NCBI GenBank assembly: GCA_013239625.1
Contig: MU053559.1
Coordinates: forward strand, 124,001 to 188,000
Length of the DNA: 64,000 nucleotides
DNA from: Lama guanicoe
Taxonomy: Eukaryota
Direction: 5' to 3'
Shown here: in pieces, positions 23,441 through 39,260 of the stretch
Layout of the letters: each line of letters begins with the position of its first letter
Numbering within the stretch: position 1 is the first letter of the stretch
Position numbers and translations under genes: made by a program
The notes under the pieces: model-generated
Told to the model about the DNA's origin: nothing
Database searches by the model: none
What the model saw: the letters and a program-made list of their open reading frames with translations, nothing else

Positions 23441-24424
23441 TTAACAATTTTAAGTGTACAGTTAAGTGGAATTAAGTACAGTCACATTGTTGTGCAGCCA
23501 TCACCACCATCCATCCCCAGAACTCTCTTCATTTTGCAAAATTGAAATTCTGTACCCATTAAACAATTACTCCCCATTATTTCCTCTCCCCAGCGCCTGC
23601 CAACTATTTCTTCTTGAATGAGCTTTAGTAATTTGTGTCTTTGAAGGAATTTATACATTTCAACAAAGTTGTGGAACTTATTGGCATAAAGTTATTCATA
23701 ATATTCCTTTATCCTTTTTAGTATCTGTAGTGATGTCTTCTCTCTCATTCCTGATATTGGTAAGTTATGTCTTCTCCCTTTTTTTTTCCTTATGTCTTCA
23801 TGTTTATCAGTTTTATTGATCTCAATAACACAGCTTCTGGCTTCATAATATTCTCCATTGTTTTTCTGTTTTGTATTTTCATTGATTTCCACTTTTATCT
23901 TTATTTTTTCATTTAATCTGCTTATCCTAGGTTTACTTTGTCCTTCTTTTTCTAGTTTCTTATGATGGAAGTTGATGTAATCGATTTTAGACCTTTCTTA
24001 TTTAGTCCTCTCTATTTTTGTAATATAGGCATTTAATGTGATAAATTCACCCTGAAATACTGGTTAGTGGCATTCCACAAATACTAATATTTTGAGTTTT
24101 CATTTTCATTCAGGACAAAATGTTTTCTAATTTCCATTCTGACTTTTTTGATCCTTGAATTATTTTGAAGTGTGTTATTTAGTTAGTTTCCAAATATTTG
24201 GAGATTTTCCAGAAACTTTGCTTTTATTGATTTCTAATTCAGTTTCACAATGGAAAAGAATATTAAAAAGAATATATGTGTACGTATATATATAACTGAG
24301 TCACTTTGCTGTACACCAGAAAGTAATACAACATTGTAAATCAACTATATTTCAATAAAATTTAAAAGAAAAAAAGAATGACAATTGTCCAGGCCTCACA
24401 AGCTACAAAAAAAAAAAAAAAGAA

Positions 24425-25110
24425 CTGTTGGTTGGGATGTAGAGAAAATTGGAACCCTTGTGCACTATTGATAGGAATATAAAATGGTGCAGCTGCTATG
24501 GAAAACAATATGGCAGTTTCCCCCCAAAATTAAAAAAACAGAATTACCATATGATTTGACAATTTCACTTTTGGAAAAATATCCAAAAGAATTAAAAGCG
24601 CAGCATCAAAGAGATTTTGCACACCCATGTTCATAACAGCATTATTCTTAATAGCCAAAAGGTGGAAAAAGTCCAAGTGGCCATCGAGGAATGAATTGAT
24701 ATGCAAAATGTGGTATATTCATACGATGAAATATTACTCAACCTTTAAAAGGAAGGAAATTCTGACACATGCTGCAACACGGATGAACCTTGAGGATGTT
24801 ATGCTAAGTGAAATAAGACAGTCATAAGAAATCAAATACTGTATGATTCTACTTACGTGAATTATCAAGAGGAGTCAAATTCATAGAAACATAAAGTAGA
24901 ATGGTGATTGCCAGGGGCTGGGGGAGGGGGGAAATTGGGAGTTGTTGTTTAATGGGTATAGAGTTTTAGTTTTACAAGATGAAAAAGTTCTGGAGATCTG
25001 TTTTACAACAATGTGAATATTTTGACACTGCTGAACTATACATTTAAAAATGGTTAAGATGGTAAATTTTATGTTACATGTGATAAAATACAATTTTATT
25101 ACAATTAAAA
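24425..25110 (+). mobile_element. Old L1 (L1MB-like) 3' end
   Basis: ORF 24627-24827 MFITALFLIAKRWK...WYIHTMKYYS resembles the L1 ORF2 C-terminus, followed by 3' UTR. Confidence 0.8.
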
Positions 25111-26830
25111 GTACATGAATATCTATGTGCCTGGAATTCTGGTTCATCTGCATACCCAGTGCCTGCATATAATGGGTACTCCTCATCTTTCCCTCTCAGC
25201 AACATTTGGCTTCCTTCTTCTTAAAATTTAAAATTTAAAATTTATTTATTTATTTATTGACGTATAGTCGGTTTACAATGTCATGTCAATTTCTGATGTA
25301 CAGCATAGTGATTCAGTTATACATACACATACATATTGATTTTCATATTCTTTTTTATTGTAGGCTATTACAAGATATTGAATATAGTTCCCTGTGCTCT
25401 ACGGTAGGACCTTATTTGACTCCCTTCTTGAAATGCTTTTTCACTTGACTTCCAGAAATCTCTTGGTTCTGCTCCTGCCTCACTGGCTGCTCCTACTCAG
25501 TTTTGTTTCGCCAGTTCCTCCTCTTTCCCCTGAGTTTTGTACCTTGGAATGCCCCAGGGCTTAGGCCTCTAACCTCCTCATCTACATTCACTGCCTAGGT
25601 GATCTCCTCTAGTCTTATGGCTTTAAATGACTTTGAGTCTGATGCCTCCTGAATTTGTCATCTTCAGCCTGTACCTCACTCCTAATCTTTAGTCATATCC
25701 AATCACCTACACAACATCTCTATATGGTATTTCATAAGCATTTCAGACTTTACAAAACCAATACAAAATTCCCAGTTTCCTTTCTTAATCTGCTCCTCCA
25801 GCTGACTCTCAACTTAATTAAAACCTTCAGAGTCTATCCTCCTCACACCCTATATCCAACCCATCAGTATATCCCTTCAGCTCCACCTTCAAAATAATTC
25901 CAGAAGACATCTTATCTCTTCCACTGCCCAGTGTCCAAGGCACCAAAAACTATTGCCTAATTTACTGAAAATAGCCTCCTAACTGCCCTCCTTGCTTCCC
26001 CTTTCCCTGCTCCCCTCTTGGTCTACACATAGAAGCCAGTGTTTTTTTGTTTTTTGTTTTTTTGGAAAGGCGAGACTGGTCATGTCTCCTCTGCTCCAAA
26101 CCCTCCATATGGCTTCCTATCTCACTCAGAATGGGAGCCAAAGCATTTTATTTTATTTATTTTTTAAAAATTATTGGAGGTATTGGGGACTGAACCCAGG
26201 GCCTCCTGCATGCTAAGCACGTGCTCTACCCCTGAGATACACCCTCCCCACCCCCAAGCCAAAGCATTTTAAATGGCCTACAAGACCCTGCATAATCTGC
26301 CCTCACTCCATACCTCTGTGACTCACCTGAGAAGCTGCATTGATATCCTGGCTCTTCCTTCTGCCCAGAATGCTTTTCCCCCAAATTTCCACAAGGCTCA
26401 TTCCCTCACTCCCTTCAGGGTTTTTTGTTTATTTGTTTGTTTGTTTGTTTTGGTGGAAGGAGTAATTAGGTTTATTCATTTATTTTTTTAATGGAGGTAC
26501 TGGGGATTGAACCCAGACCTCATGCATACGCCCTCTTCAGGTTTCTGCTCCAATGTCACCTTATTACAATTTTTTCTGACCATTAAAATCTGACCAATAA
26601 AATCGCAACCCCTCCCTTTATCCCAACTCTTTCTACCTCCTAATCCATTTTATTTCATATATAATATATATTCATTCATCACCTTTCTCCTCCAAGGACA
26701 AGGGTATTGTTCTGTTTACTGTTCTGTTCCCCAACACTTAGTACAGTGTGCCTGGTGTGTTGCAGGCACTCGGTAAATGTTGGGTAACTGAATGAATGAA
26801 TGTTCAATAATTATTTGTTAAATGAAGATT
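25110..26830 (+). mobile_element. LINE-2 remnant with nested SINEs (26151-26256 with TSD agccaaagcatttta; ~26420-26530) and an L1 tail
   Basis: L2 3' text ending tgaatgaatgaatg at ~26790; SINE TSD at 26136-26150 / 26257-26271. Confidence 0.65.
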
Positions 26831-27379
26831 AGGATGCTACCTTTCAAAACATCAGAGCAAAACTTCAACTATTTCTCAATCCACAAACAATCCATTTTCC
26901 AGGATGCATTAGAGAAAGACTGATTCATTGAGTCACATCCACAAAAGGTGAAATGTTCCTAGAAGAAATTCTAATACTATAATTGGCCCACCTGGGTCTG
27001 AGTAGAGTTGTTTTTGGCTTCAAGATTTATGTTTTGAGAAAGATTCTGACTGAGATATGGATACTTACAACTCATTCCCACAATTCCAAGTTTGGATTTC
27101 TTCAGCTGGTTACTTGGTCATTAGAACTTGGTCCTTTTTGATTCGGACACCCTTCCTCAGAACAACTTTGTATGACACGCATGTGCCTCATTCTTCATTC
27201 TCTGACTGGCCTACTAATATACAGCATTAAGTAAATAACCAGACCACTGGCTTAAAAAGCAAATTAAAAAGAATTTAAAAACTTAGAAACCCATCTTAAT
27301 TCAAATAAGATGTTAAATCCTGTTTGCTCCTTTCACAGCACCAGGGACTTACACAGTATTGAAAGTCAATTACACATCA

Positions 27380-28610
27380 AAAGCCAACAAACAAACTCAT
27401 AGAAAAAGAGATCAGATTTGTGTTTGACCAGAGGTGGGGGTTTCGGGGAGGGGGAATTAGATGAAGGCAGTCAAAAGGTACAAATTTCCAGGTATAACAT
27501 AAATACGTGCCAGGGATGTAATGTAGAGCATGATAAATATAACACTGCTGTATGTTATATATAAAAATTGAGAGTAAATTCTAAGAGTTCTCATCACAAG
27601 GAAAAAATGCTCTCTATTTCTTTAATTTTGTATCTGTTTGTGGGGTTTTTTTGGGGGGGTAATTATGTTTATTTTTTTAAGTGGAGGTATTGGGGATTGA
27701 ACCCGGGACCTCGTACATGCTAAGCACACACTCTACCACTGAGCTATACCTTCCCCCCTTTTTGTATCTATTTGAGATGATGGATCTTCACTAAACTTAT
27801 TGTGATAATTATTTCAGGATGTATGTAAGACAAATCACTAACCCATACACCTTAAACTTATACAGTGCTGTAAGTTGATTATATCTCAATAAAACTGGAA
27901 GAAAAAAACAAACAAAAAAGATCTTCTCTGTATCATTAGTTTGGAGCAATTTTATTACAATATGCCTTTGTGTATTTTTCATCTTGTGCTGGTATTCAAT
28001 GAACTTTTTGGATTTGTGAAATTATATGTTTCATTAATTTTGGAAAGTTTAGGACTTTATTTCTTCATGTACTTTTTCTATCCCCCCTCCTCTCCTTTGG
28101 GGATTTTATTTCCCTGCGTGTTAGGTCATGTGAAATTGTCCCACAGCTTGCTTATACTCTTTATTTTTATTTTTTCGGAATCTTTTTCCTCTGTTTCATT
28201 TTCTTTAGTTTCTATTGCTATGACATCAAGTCATTAATGTTTTTCTTCTGCAGTGTTTAGTCATTAATCCATCCGATGTATTTTTCATGTTTAAAATTCA
28301 ATTTGGGATGGACCTAGAGATTATCATACTAAGTGAAGTAAGACAGAGAGACAAGTATCATATGATATCACTTACATGTGGAATCTAAAAAAATGATATA
28401 AATGAACTTGTTTACAAAACAGAAACAGACTTACAGACATAGAAAACAAACTATGGTTACCAAAGGGGAAAAGGGGAGGGGGAAGGACAAATGAGGACTC
28501 TGGGATTAGCAGATACAGACTATTACATATAAAACAAACAACAGTGACCTACTGTATTGCACAGGGAACCTATATTCAATATCTTGTAATAATCTATGAT
28601 GAATAATGAT
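27380..28610. mobile_element. L1 3' fragments with nested SINE (~27640-27757, minus)
   Basis: L1 3'UTR text (caaactcatagaaaaagagatcagatttgtg...; ggatggacctagagattatcatactaagtgaagtaag...). Confidence 0.7.
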
Positions 28611-29689
28611 AGGTGGAGGAGTAGCCAGAGATATAGGAGGAAACCAAGAGAATGAGAGCAAGAAACTGTGGAATAATGCTGGGTGGTCACAGGAAGGGGT
28701 AGAGAAATGACTGCTGATTTGGGAAGATTATTACTCATCAGTGATCTGGTTAAGAGCAGTCTCAGAGACATGGGAGCGACAGAAGCCAAACTGAATTAAG
28801 TTAAAATATGCTCTGGGATGTGAGGAAGTAGAGACTGAAGGAAACCAGAGGAGTGGCTTTGCTGAGGAGCATAGCAACGGAGTCACGCCTAGGGCAGTAT
28901 ATGGGGCCAAAATCCACAAGTAAATATGTCCACGGATTTTGACAACACAGTACATGAAACGACCCAAATGGCCATCAGTAGGGGAACAGCTGAACATTTC
29001 TGCATTTATTCCACGGAATACCGGGAATCAATAAAAAAGGATGAGTTAAACAGACGTCCATTATATATTAATAACTTTTTAAAGCATCAAAACAATACTT
29101 GGGAAAAAGGATAGGTGGGTTGTACCAATGTCAATATTCTCAGTGTAATATTTTACTATACAACATGTTACCTTTAGGGGGAAGCATTAAAGTACATGGG
29201 ATTTTCTCTGCATTATATCTCAAATCTACATGTGAATCCACATCTCAAAATTTAAAAGCTGAATTAAAAATATTTCCACTGTGTACATAATTGGGATCTT
29301 TCCCGTCCCCCACAGTGAATCTCTAGATACCTCTTGCCATCAAAAAACATTATTCATTTTGTAAATAAAACAAGGCGAGGCTGGGTGGGGACTCCTATCG
29401 TGTCTTCCCCTGGCTAAGGGGAGAGACTTCGCTTTGGAGGTCTCCAGGCTCGCCCCCGCCTCAAGGCTCCCTGGTCACCCGTGCCTAGAAATCTGGGAAG
29501 ATTATAAATAGCTACTAGGGGTGGCCCTTCTAGCCCACCTCGGAGGTCCAAGTCTTGTTAGCCCAGAAGGTAACGCCTCTAGCTCTCCGAACAGGACCCA
29601 GTTGAGGAATTCTCGGCCCTCCCTTTTCCGCTCAGCAAGGGGAAGGCTGTCTCTCGCCCACTAGTCCTTGGTTCCCTCAGTCATGCCCT

Positions 29690-29960
29690 TCCGGAGCGTC
29701 CCCCGCTCCCCGCGCCCTCCTGGGAAGACGTCACGGTCGCTCGCTTTCCTCCAACAACCCAGAAGCTGGGCTAGGAGGGCCGCGGCCGTGTTTTCCGGCC
29801 AGGGTGAGCCATTTCCGGTCACAGACTCCCTCCCCCGGAAGTGAGGACTGATGTAAACACCGGAGCCGGGCGTCAAGGCCCGGGAGGTCACAAAACCGGG
29901 CCGCAGGCGGCACCGAGAGCTGGGGCCAGGATTGGGGACACGCGGAGGTCAGGTCAGTGC
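29690..29960 (+). promoter_or_regulatory. Probable WDR45 promoter / non-coding first exon
   Basis: CpG-rich; ETS sites (atttccggt 29811, ccggaagtg 29835-29843), CRE-like gacgtcac, forkhead tgtaaaca 29852-29859; candidate donor cag|gtcagt ~29952. Confidence 0.65.
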
Positions 29961-30047
29961 AGGCGGCAGGGACCTGGGACATAGTCCCAGAACTGATTGG
30001 GGTCTGGGGTAGGGAGGGAGGGGTCTTTTGAGCAGGGTGTCTTGGGA

Positions 30048-30822
30048 GATGGTGGATATCTAGGTATCTGGGTATCTAGGACAGGGCTCTTGAGTAGGTG
30101 CTGGCGTTGGAAAGTGTATAATGAGCGTGGTCTTGGACGTAAGGGGGGAGCGGTGTGTGAGGCATCCCGGGGCAGGGTTCTTGGGTGGAACAGATCTTTG
30201 GAATGGGGGCGGATCCCAAAAAAAAGGGATCTTGGAAGGTGGGGCTGTCCAAAGAATGGGTCTCTGGGGGACGAGGAGGTCCAGTGGAAGTGGTACAGAG
30301 GGAAAGGAGGTTTGGAGGATGGAAAGGGTGTGCCCGGGCAAAGTTTTGGGGGAGATGAAGGTTTGAAGGGAGTTTGGGGGCTCCAGGGCAGGCGACTTGG
30401 GGGGTGGTTGAGTTGTCCCAGGTAGGGGATGGCTGGGTGGATGGTGGATATCTAGGTATCTGGGTATCTAGGACAGGGCTCTTGAGTAGGTGCTGGCGTT
30501 GGAAAGTGTATAATGAGCGTGGTCTTGGACGTAAGGGGGGAGCGGTGTGTGAGGCATCCCGGGGCAGGGTTCTTGGGTGGAACAGATCTTTGGAATGGGG
30601 GCGGATCCCAAAAAAAAGGGATCTTGGAAGGTGGGGCTGTCCAAAGAATGGGTCTCTGGAGGAGGAGGAGGTCCAGTGGAAGTGGTACAGAGGGAAAGGA
30701 GGTTTGGAGGATGGAAAGGGTGTGCCCGGGCAAAGTTTTGGGGGAGATGAAGGTTTGAAGGGAGTTTGGGGGCTCCAGGGCAGGCGACTTGGGGGGTGGT
30801 TGAGTTGTCCCAGGTAGGGGAT
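30048..30822. repeat. Direct tandem duplication, 2 x 383 bp (30048-30430, 30440-30822)
   Basis: Period 392 (ORFs 30060/30452 and 30121/30513); 9-nt filler ggctgggtg; 2 mismatches seen. Confidence 0.95.
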
Positions 30823-31772
30823 TGGGGAAGTCTGTATCCTGGGCAAGGATCTTGAGGAGGTAGAGGTGACCTGGGGCAGGGTCTTGGGGAGAGGATAGGG
30901 GGTCTGGAGGAGGAATCTTAGGGGGATGCAGTTACTGGGGGTAGGTCCAAGCCCACCCATTGTCAGAGTCAGGGACAGCAGAATGCACGCATGGAAAGGA
31001 ATTTGGAGTTATGAGGGAATCCTGAGGTAGGAGGGTCTTTAGGTCATAAGGGGATCTGGGGGAATGTCCAAGTTGGCTGTGGTTGGGCAGAAGTTAGCAT
31101 GTCATGAGGAGTCCTCCGGAGGTAGGAATAGGATCCTGAAAGTGTTTGGGGAAGCCTGTGAGGAAGAAAGGTGTGGGAGGGCTCTGGAGAGGGCTCCTCA
31201 TGAGGACATGAGGATGGGAGTTCCTTTGGGTGGTGCACCAACCGTAGCAGGTGTCAGGGCCAGGTCAGGGAGGTGCAGGAAAAGGTAGATGTCCTAACCC
31301 CCTTTCCCCATTTACTGAGAGGCAGAGTTAGGTGCTAGGTTCAGGTGTGAAGATGAGAAGGGAGTGGTTCCAGGCAATGTCAGGCACTTGGGGCCAGGAT
31401 TGGCTGGGGATACAGAAGAGATATCACTGGGATAGCTGCTACCCCATTATTTCCTGATGAGCAGTCAGTCAGGGCCAGGGATTAAGGAGGGGGGCCGGGC
31501 CAGGTCAGGATAGGCCCAGAGAGCTGGGGTCAACCAAGTATGAGAAAATGAGGATGTTCCTGGCCATGCTCTTTGGGGTCTTGGGAGCTTAGAGCGGAGA
31601 CCCCAGGGTTCTCCCCCTGGTTTTGTCTTTGCAGTTCTACTGGGGTTGGATAGCAGAGTAGGAGGGGGAAGAAGAAATCAGTTGGGGACAGGAATTCTAG
31701 GACTCAGAAAACAGACCCCAGGACTCTTCCCAACCCTACCCCAATTTGTGTCCAGGGAAGCAATCCTGGACC

Positions 31773-35093
<3,321 letters not shown>

Positions 35094-35424
35094 AGACCCT
35101 GTGGGTTGTACTAGGGACCTGCAGTGGCAGATTGCAAAGCCTTTGTATGGGGTGGGAGTGCTGTGGAAGCCACCAGCCTGCAAGCAATGGAGCAGGTGTC
35201 CACTTTCCACTCTTAAGAGCAACGCCTAAACAGCTAATTTCCTCCAAGCACTTCTTGATGACTGTGTGCCCACAGGGCCAGACCAGGAACTCATAGAGGC
35301 AGCAGACCCCCTGGGGCTCCCAGCCTAGAGACGACTGCTAGGGACCCAGAAGGGGTGCCCTAATCCAACCTGTGGGGATTTAAAAACTTCCCGGAAAGAG
35401 ACGATCTCTGATGTGACGAATATG

Positions 35425-35430
35425 AATAAA
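35425..35430 (+). terminator. WDR45 polyadenylation signal
   Basis: AATAAA ~330 nt after the stop codon. Confidence 0.7.
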
Positions 35431-35629
35431 AGGCCCTTAATAGTATTTTTGGCTGGACCTCGGGAGTGGGGCCCGGAGGAGTTGCAGTGAAAAGGCGCTG
35501 CAGGAGTTTCCAGGAAAGGCGTGATCCTCTTGGACCCTGACGGGAAAGAAGTGGGATCATGCTCGGGTCCTTCTCAGACAGCCTCTGCATGTCCTTTAAT
35601 GTGTGGCTACAGTGTGCTTGAGCCGCCAG

Positions 35630-35925
35630 CACCGCCCAGAACTGTGCCCTGTGGCGCCCCCGCCTGGGGGTGGATGGGAACGCCTCGCCTCGCGGCGAAG
35701 ACGTAATTTCCCGGCAGCCCCTGCTACTTTACAGTTCCGGCGTGGTGTTTGCATTGTATTTCCGGTCATGTGCATTGTTGCACCTGCGCAGTCCACTAGG
35801 TCCCTAGGATAGCGGTGGCACAGCTCAAACTCCACTTCCCGGTGTGCTCCGCGGTGGCGCAGGGTGGAACGGGTGTTGTAGTCCCTCCGCTCCTCTGGCT
35901 GGTCCAGCTACATCGACCGGCAGGA
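35630..35925 (+). promoter_or_regulatory. PRAF2 promoter (CpG-rich)
   Basis: Several ZNF143/ACTACA-like and ETS (ttccgg) motifs immediately upstream of the ATG. Confidence 0.6.
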
Positions 35926-38042
35926 TGTCGGAGGTGCGGCTGCCACCGTTACGCGCCTTGGATGACTTCATTCTGGGGTCGGCGCGGCTGGCGGCCCCGG
36001 ATCCCTGCGACCCGCAGCGATGGTGCCACCGCGTCATCAACAACCTCCTCTACTACCAAACCAACTACCTTATCTGCTTCGGCCTCGGTCTCGCTCTGGC
36101 CGGGTGAGGGAGGGAGGGAGGGAGGCACCAGTTGGCCGGGGACGCCTGCTGGGGTTTTGAGAGGGATGCAAAGCCTGGAAGGGCGAATTCGGTAGGGATG
36201 GAAAATCTAAGGGTCATGGGAGGGAGAACTTGAAGGAAATGAAACCTGTTTATAAGAAGGGACTGGGGCAGGATAGAGCCTAGCTGAGGGGGGCTGATGG
36301 GGATGGAGGGTCTGGAGGGAAGACCGGGGGAGAATGGAGAAAAGGGTGGAACTGAAGGGGAAACTGCGCTGGGAGGTGGACTTGAAGATAAGGAGGGCCA
36401 GAAAGTGGGACATGAGTGTGCCTGAGGGGTGATGGGGCCAGATTAAGGAGGCCCTGGAGGATTTAGGGCAGGGACAGGGACGTGGTCAAGTTGAAGGGTG
36501 GACTTGTGGAGGATCGGGGCTTAGAGAGGAGCCTGGCTATAATTGGAATGCTCTAGGTACATGTTGGGGAACTTGAGCCAAGAGGGAGGACCCCGGGATG
36601 GAAATCCTGAGACCAGGGAGAGATGGAGAACGTGGAGGAGGGACTTGGGCAGGATTGGAAGATAAGAGTGAGACTGAAAGCCTGGAAAGGGTTCTGGCAA
36701 TGGAGGTTAGATTCTATTGGGAAATGGGAACCTGGAGGGGGAATTTGAAGGAGAGGAAGTCTGGAAAAGGGATCTTATGACTGGGCCTGGGGAGAGGGAA
36801 ATGTATGGAGATGGAAGGCCTGGAAGAGGAATTTTCAAGGGCCTGGCCTCTGTAAAGGGTGGGTTTTGGGGAAGGTTGGAATGAGGGAGGCGGGCTGGAA
36901 TGGGCCCTGTAGGGGTATGGTCAGAAAGAAAGAGCAGGAAAGACTGGGAGCCCAGAGGCCTAGCGGATGAGAGGGCCTGAAGCAGGAGATTTCAGGAAGA
37001 TGGGACTGCAAGATTGACAAAGAAATGAGGGTCTGCAGTGGGGAGCCCAGAGCGCCTAGGAATTGGAGGTCCTGGAGGGTGGACCCGTTAGAGACAGGGC
37101 TGGCGGGAGTATTTGCCCGGCTGGAGGATCGGGAGCGGGCGTGGGGTTATGTGTGGGGAACCAAAGCTCTTGGGGCCCGGGATCGGTGGACGGTGGTCTG
37201 GGAGGCTTGGAGGCCGGGCGGCCCTCTTCCCGCCTGCCCGGCTAGCTTAGTTCCATTGTCCCCGCAGGTACATGCGCCCGCTGCACACCCTCCTAAGCGC
37301 ACTGGTGGTGGCTGTGGCACTTGGCGTGCTGGTGTGGGCGGCTGAGACTCGCGCAGCCGTGCGCCGCTGCCGTCGCAGCCACCCAGCCGCCTGCCTGGCC
37401 GCAGTGCTTGCTGTCGGCCTCCTCGTTCTCTGGGCCGTGGGCGGCGCTTACACCTTCCTCCTCAGCATCGCCGGGCCAGTGCTTCGTGAGTCTCCACACC
37501 CTGAGATAGCCTGGAAAACGGCCAACAATTGCGCTCGGCGCCAGGCCCGCCCTACTCTGATTCCTGGGCTGAGAAGGGGCTAGGACACCCGGCAGACGTG
37601 GCCTCACCTTCTTTACAAAGAGCCTTCCTTGGCTTTGCTCCCTCCTCCCCTCTGGGAACGCCCCTCTTTACTACCGCCTTTCTGGGCGTCGGCTGGTCTG
37701 AAGTGCCTTCCACTGGCCACGTCCCCATTACCGTGTGTGACACCCCCCAGCCACGCCCCTGTTGCGAAGCGCATTCCTCCGTCACACTTTTAGGATTCAG
37801 AGGCGTCCTAGCCACTGACTCCAGTTCCCTTCTGTGGGCCCCGGTTAGCTAAAGGCTGATGTTCCATTCCCACTGACCCCACACCTCTCGTATTGCCCAC
37901 AGTGATCCTGGTGCACGCATCACTGCGCCTGCGCAACCTCAAGAACAAGATTGAGAACAAGATCGAGAGCATTGGTCTCAAGCGAACGCCAATGGGGCTG
38001 CTACTGGAGGCGCTGGGACAAGAACAGGAGGCTGGATCCTAG
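35925..38042 (+). CDS. PRAF2: PRA1 domain family member 2
   Basis: Exons 35925-36103, 37268-37485, 37903-38042; 537 nt = 178 aa; [15 protein letters not shown]...[10 protein letters not shown]...[28 protein letters not shown]. Confidence 0.97.
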
Positions 38043-38706
38043 AGGCCTAGGATCTGTACCCAAGACATGGAGAATGCCACCCCCACCCCGGCCCGCATCC
38101 AGGACCCAGAGACCTTTCGCAGCCCTTCCCCCAGGTCCCAGACTGGGATATTCCCCTCATACCCAGCCCCCCATCTTAGGGAACCAGAGTCTTTCCAGCC
38201 CTTAACTTGGGACGCAGAGACATATCCAGCCTAAAACTAGGGCTTAGAGACCAGAGCATTGAGGCCAACCTCAAACTCTGCACCCAGAAACACTCTCCTG
38301 ACTCCAATCTGGGACCCACCTGTCTCCCGTGCTCAGCCCCAAAGCTGGGGACTGGGACCAAGGCATTCTCAAATATTGAACCCTGGACCAAGGCTTTTCT
38401 AGACCCCACCCCAGCTTTGAACCCAGGTCAAGGCATTGCCAAATCTTGAACCCAGGATCCAAGTGTTCCCAATCCCCATCTGGGTAGAGAATTCAAGTAT
38501 CCTGATCCTGTTGGACCCTTGGTCCCAGTTAACCCCAACACTCACCAGTCCCACTTGCCTTCTTCCAGCTCTTAGGGATTCTGCCACTCCTCCCGCCACA
38601 AAGTTCCACAGTGGCAAGGACCAAGGGGTGGGAATGGGGTGGGGTGGGGTAGGGTGGGGGTAGCCCTGACCAGGAATGGAGCAAATATTATCAGTGTTGC
38701 TGCAAC

Positions 38707-38712
38707 AATAAA
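38707..38712 (+). terminator. PRAF2 polyadenylation signal
   Basis: AATAAA downstream of the 3' UTR. Confidence 0.7.
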
Positions 38713-38841
38713 GGCTGTTGCATTGCTCAATGCCAATTTGGGCCTCCTGGGTAAAGTCTGTTTCAGTGGCCAGAAGTGACCTGCTTTTCAGTTCTGCTAG
38801 ACATTCTGACTCTGTTAAATGTGTGGGCTGAACTCAGTTCC

Positions 38842-38942
38842 TTTTTTTTTTTTTAATGGCAGTACTGGGGATTGAACCTAGGACCTCATGCATGCAGATC
38901 ACATGTCCTACCACTGAGCTATTAAACCACACCCCCTCCCCA
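38842..38942 (-). mobile_element. tRNA-derived SINE
   Basis: T tail plus gtactggggattgaacctagga...ccactgagcta. Confidence 0.75.
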
Positions 38943-39254
38943 GTTCTAGTCTTGACTCTGTTACCTTTAGGGCAGCATTAACATACAAGGTAGTTAAAGG
39001 CACTTAGTGTTTCCTGTCATCATTCGTATTACTAAGGGCGCTTGTTGAGAGTTGGCTAGGAATCAGCACAGGCAAAGAAGTTGCCTCACATCACAAAGCA
39101 AGTAAAACCAAAGTGGATGACATTATCACAGGCTGGTTACACAGTGCTATATATATTTTTTTTCTGATAAAAATACATTGTCTGGTCTTAGCTGAAGATG
39201 TGGGCCCCCAAGGCAAAGCAGATAGGGAAGCAATGCATGGGTTCAGTTTACACA

Positions 39255-39260
39255 TTTATT
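39255..39260 (-). terminator. Probable CCDC120 polyadenylation signal
   Basis: tttatt on + strand = AATAAA on - strand, ~1 kb past the last stop codon. Confidence 0.55.

Larger units (their letters stand above)
19340..24245 (-). mobile_element. Cluster of old L1 fragments (mostly minus) interrupted by younger elements
   Basis: T-rich antisense L1 ORF2/3'UTR text throughout; younger L1 tail 22214-22448 with 17-bp TSD gagttgatattattttc (22197-22213 / 22449-22465). Confidence 0.75.

Noticed and set aside
30076..30960. 294-aa minus-strand ORF with an internal repeat
   Set aside because: Pro/Ser-rich antisense reading of the G-rich duplicated intron; no recognisable domain.
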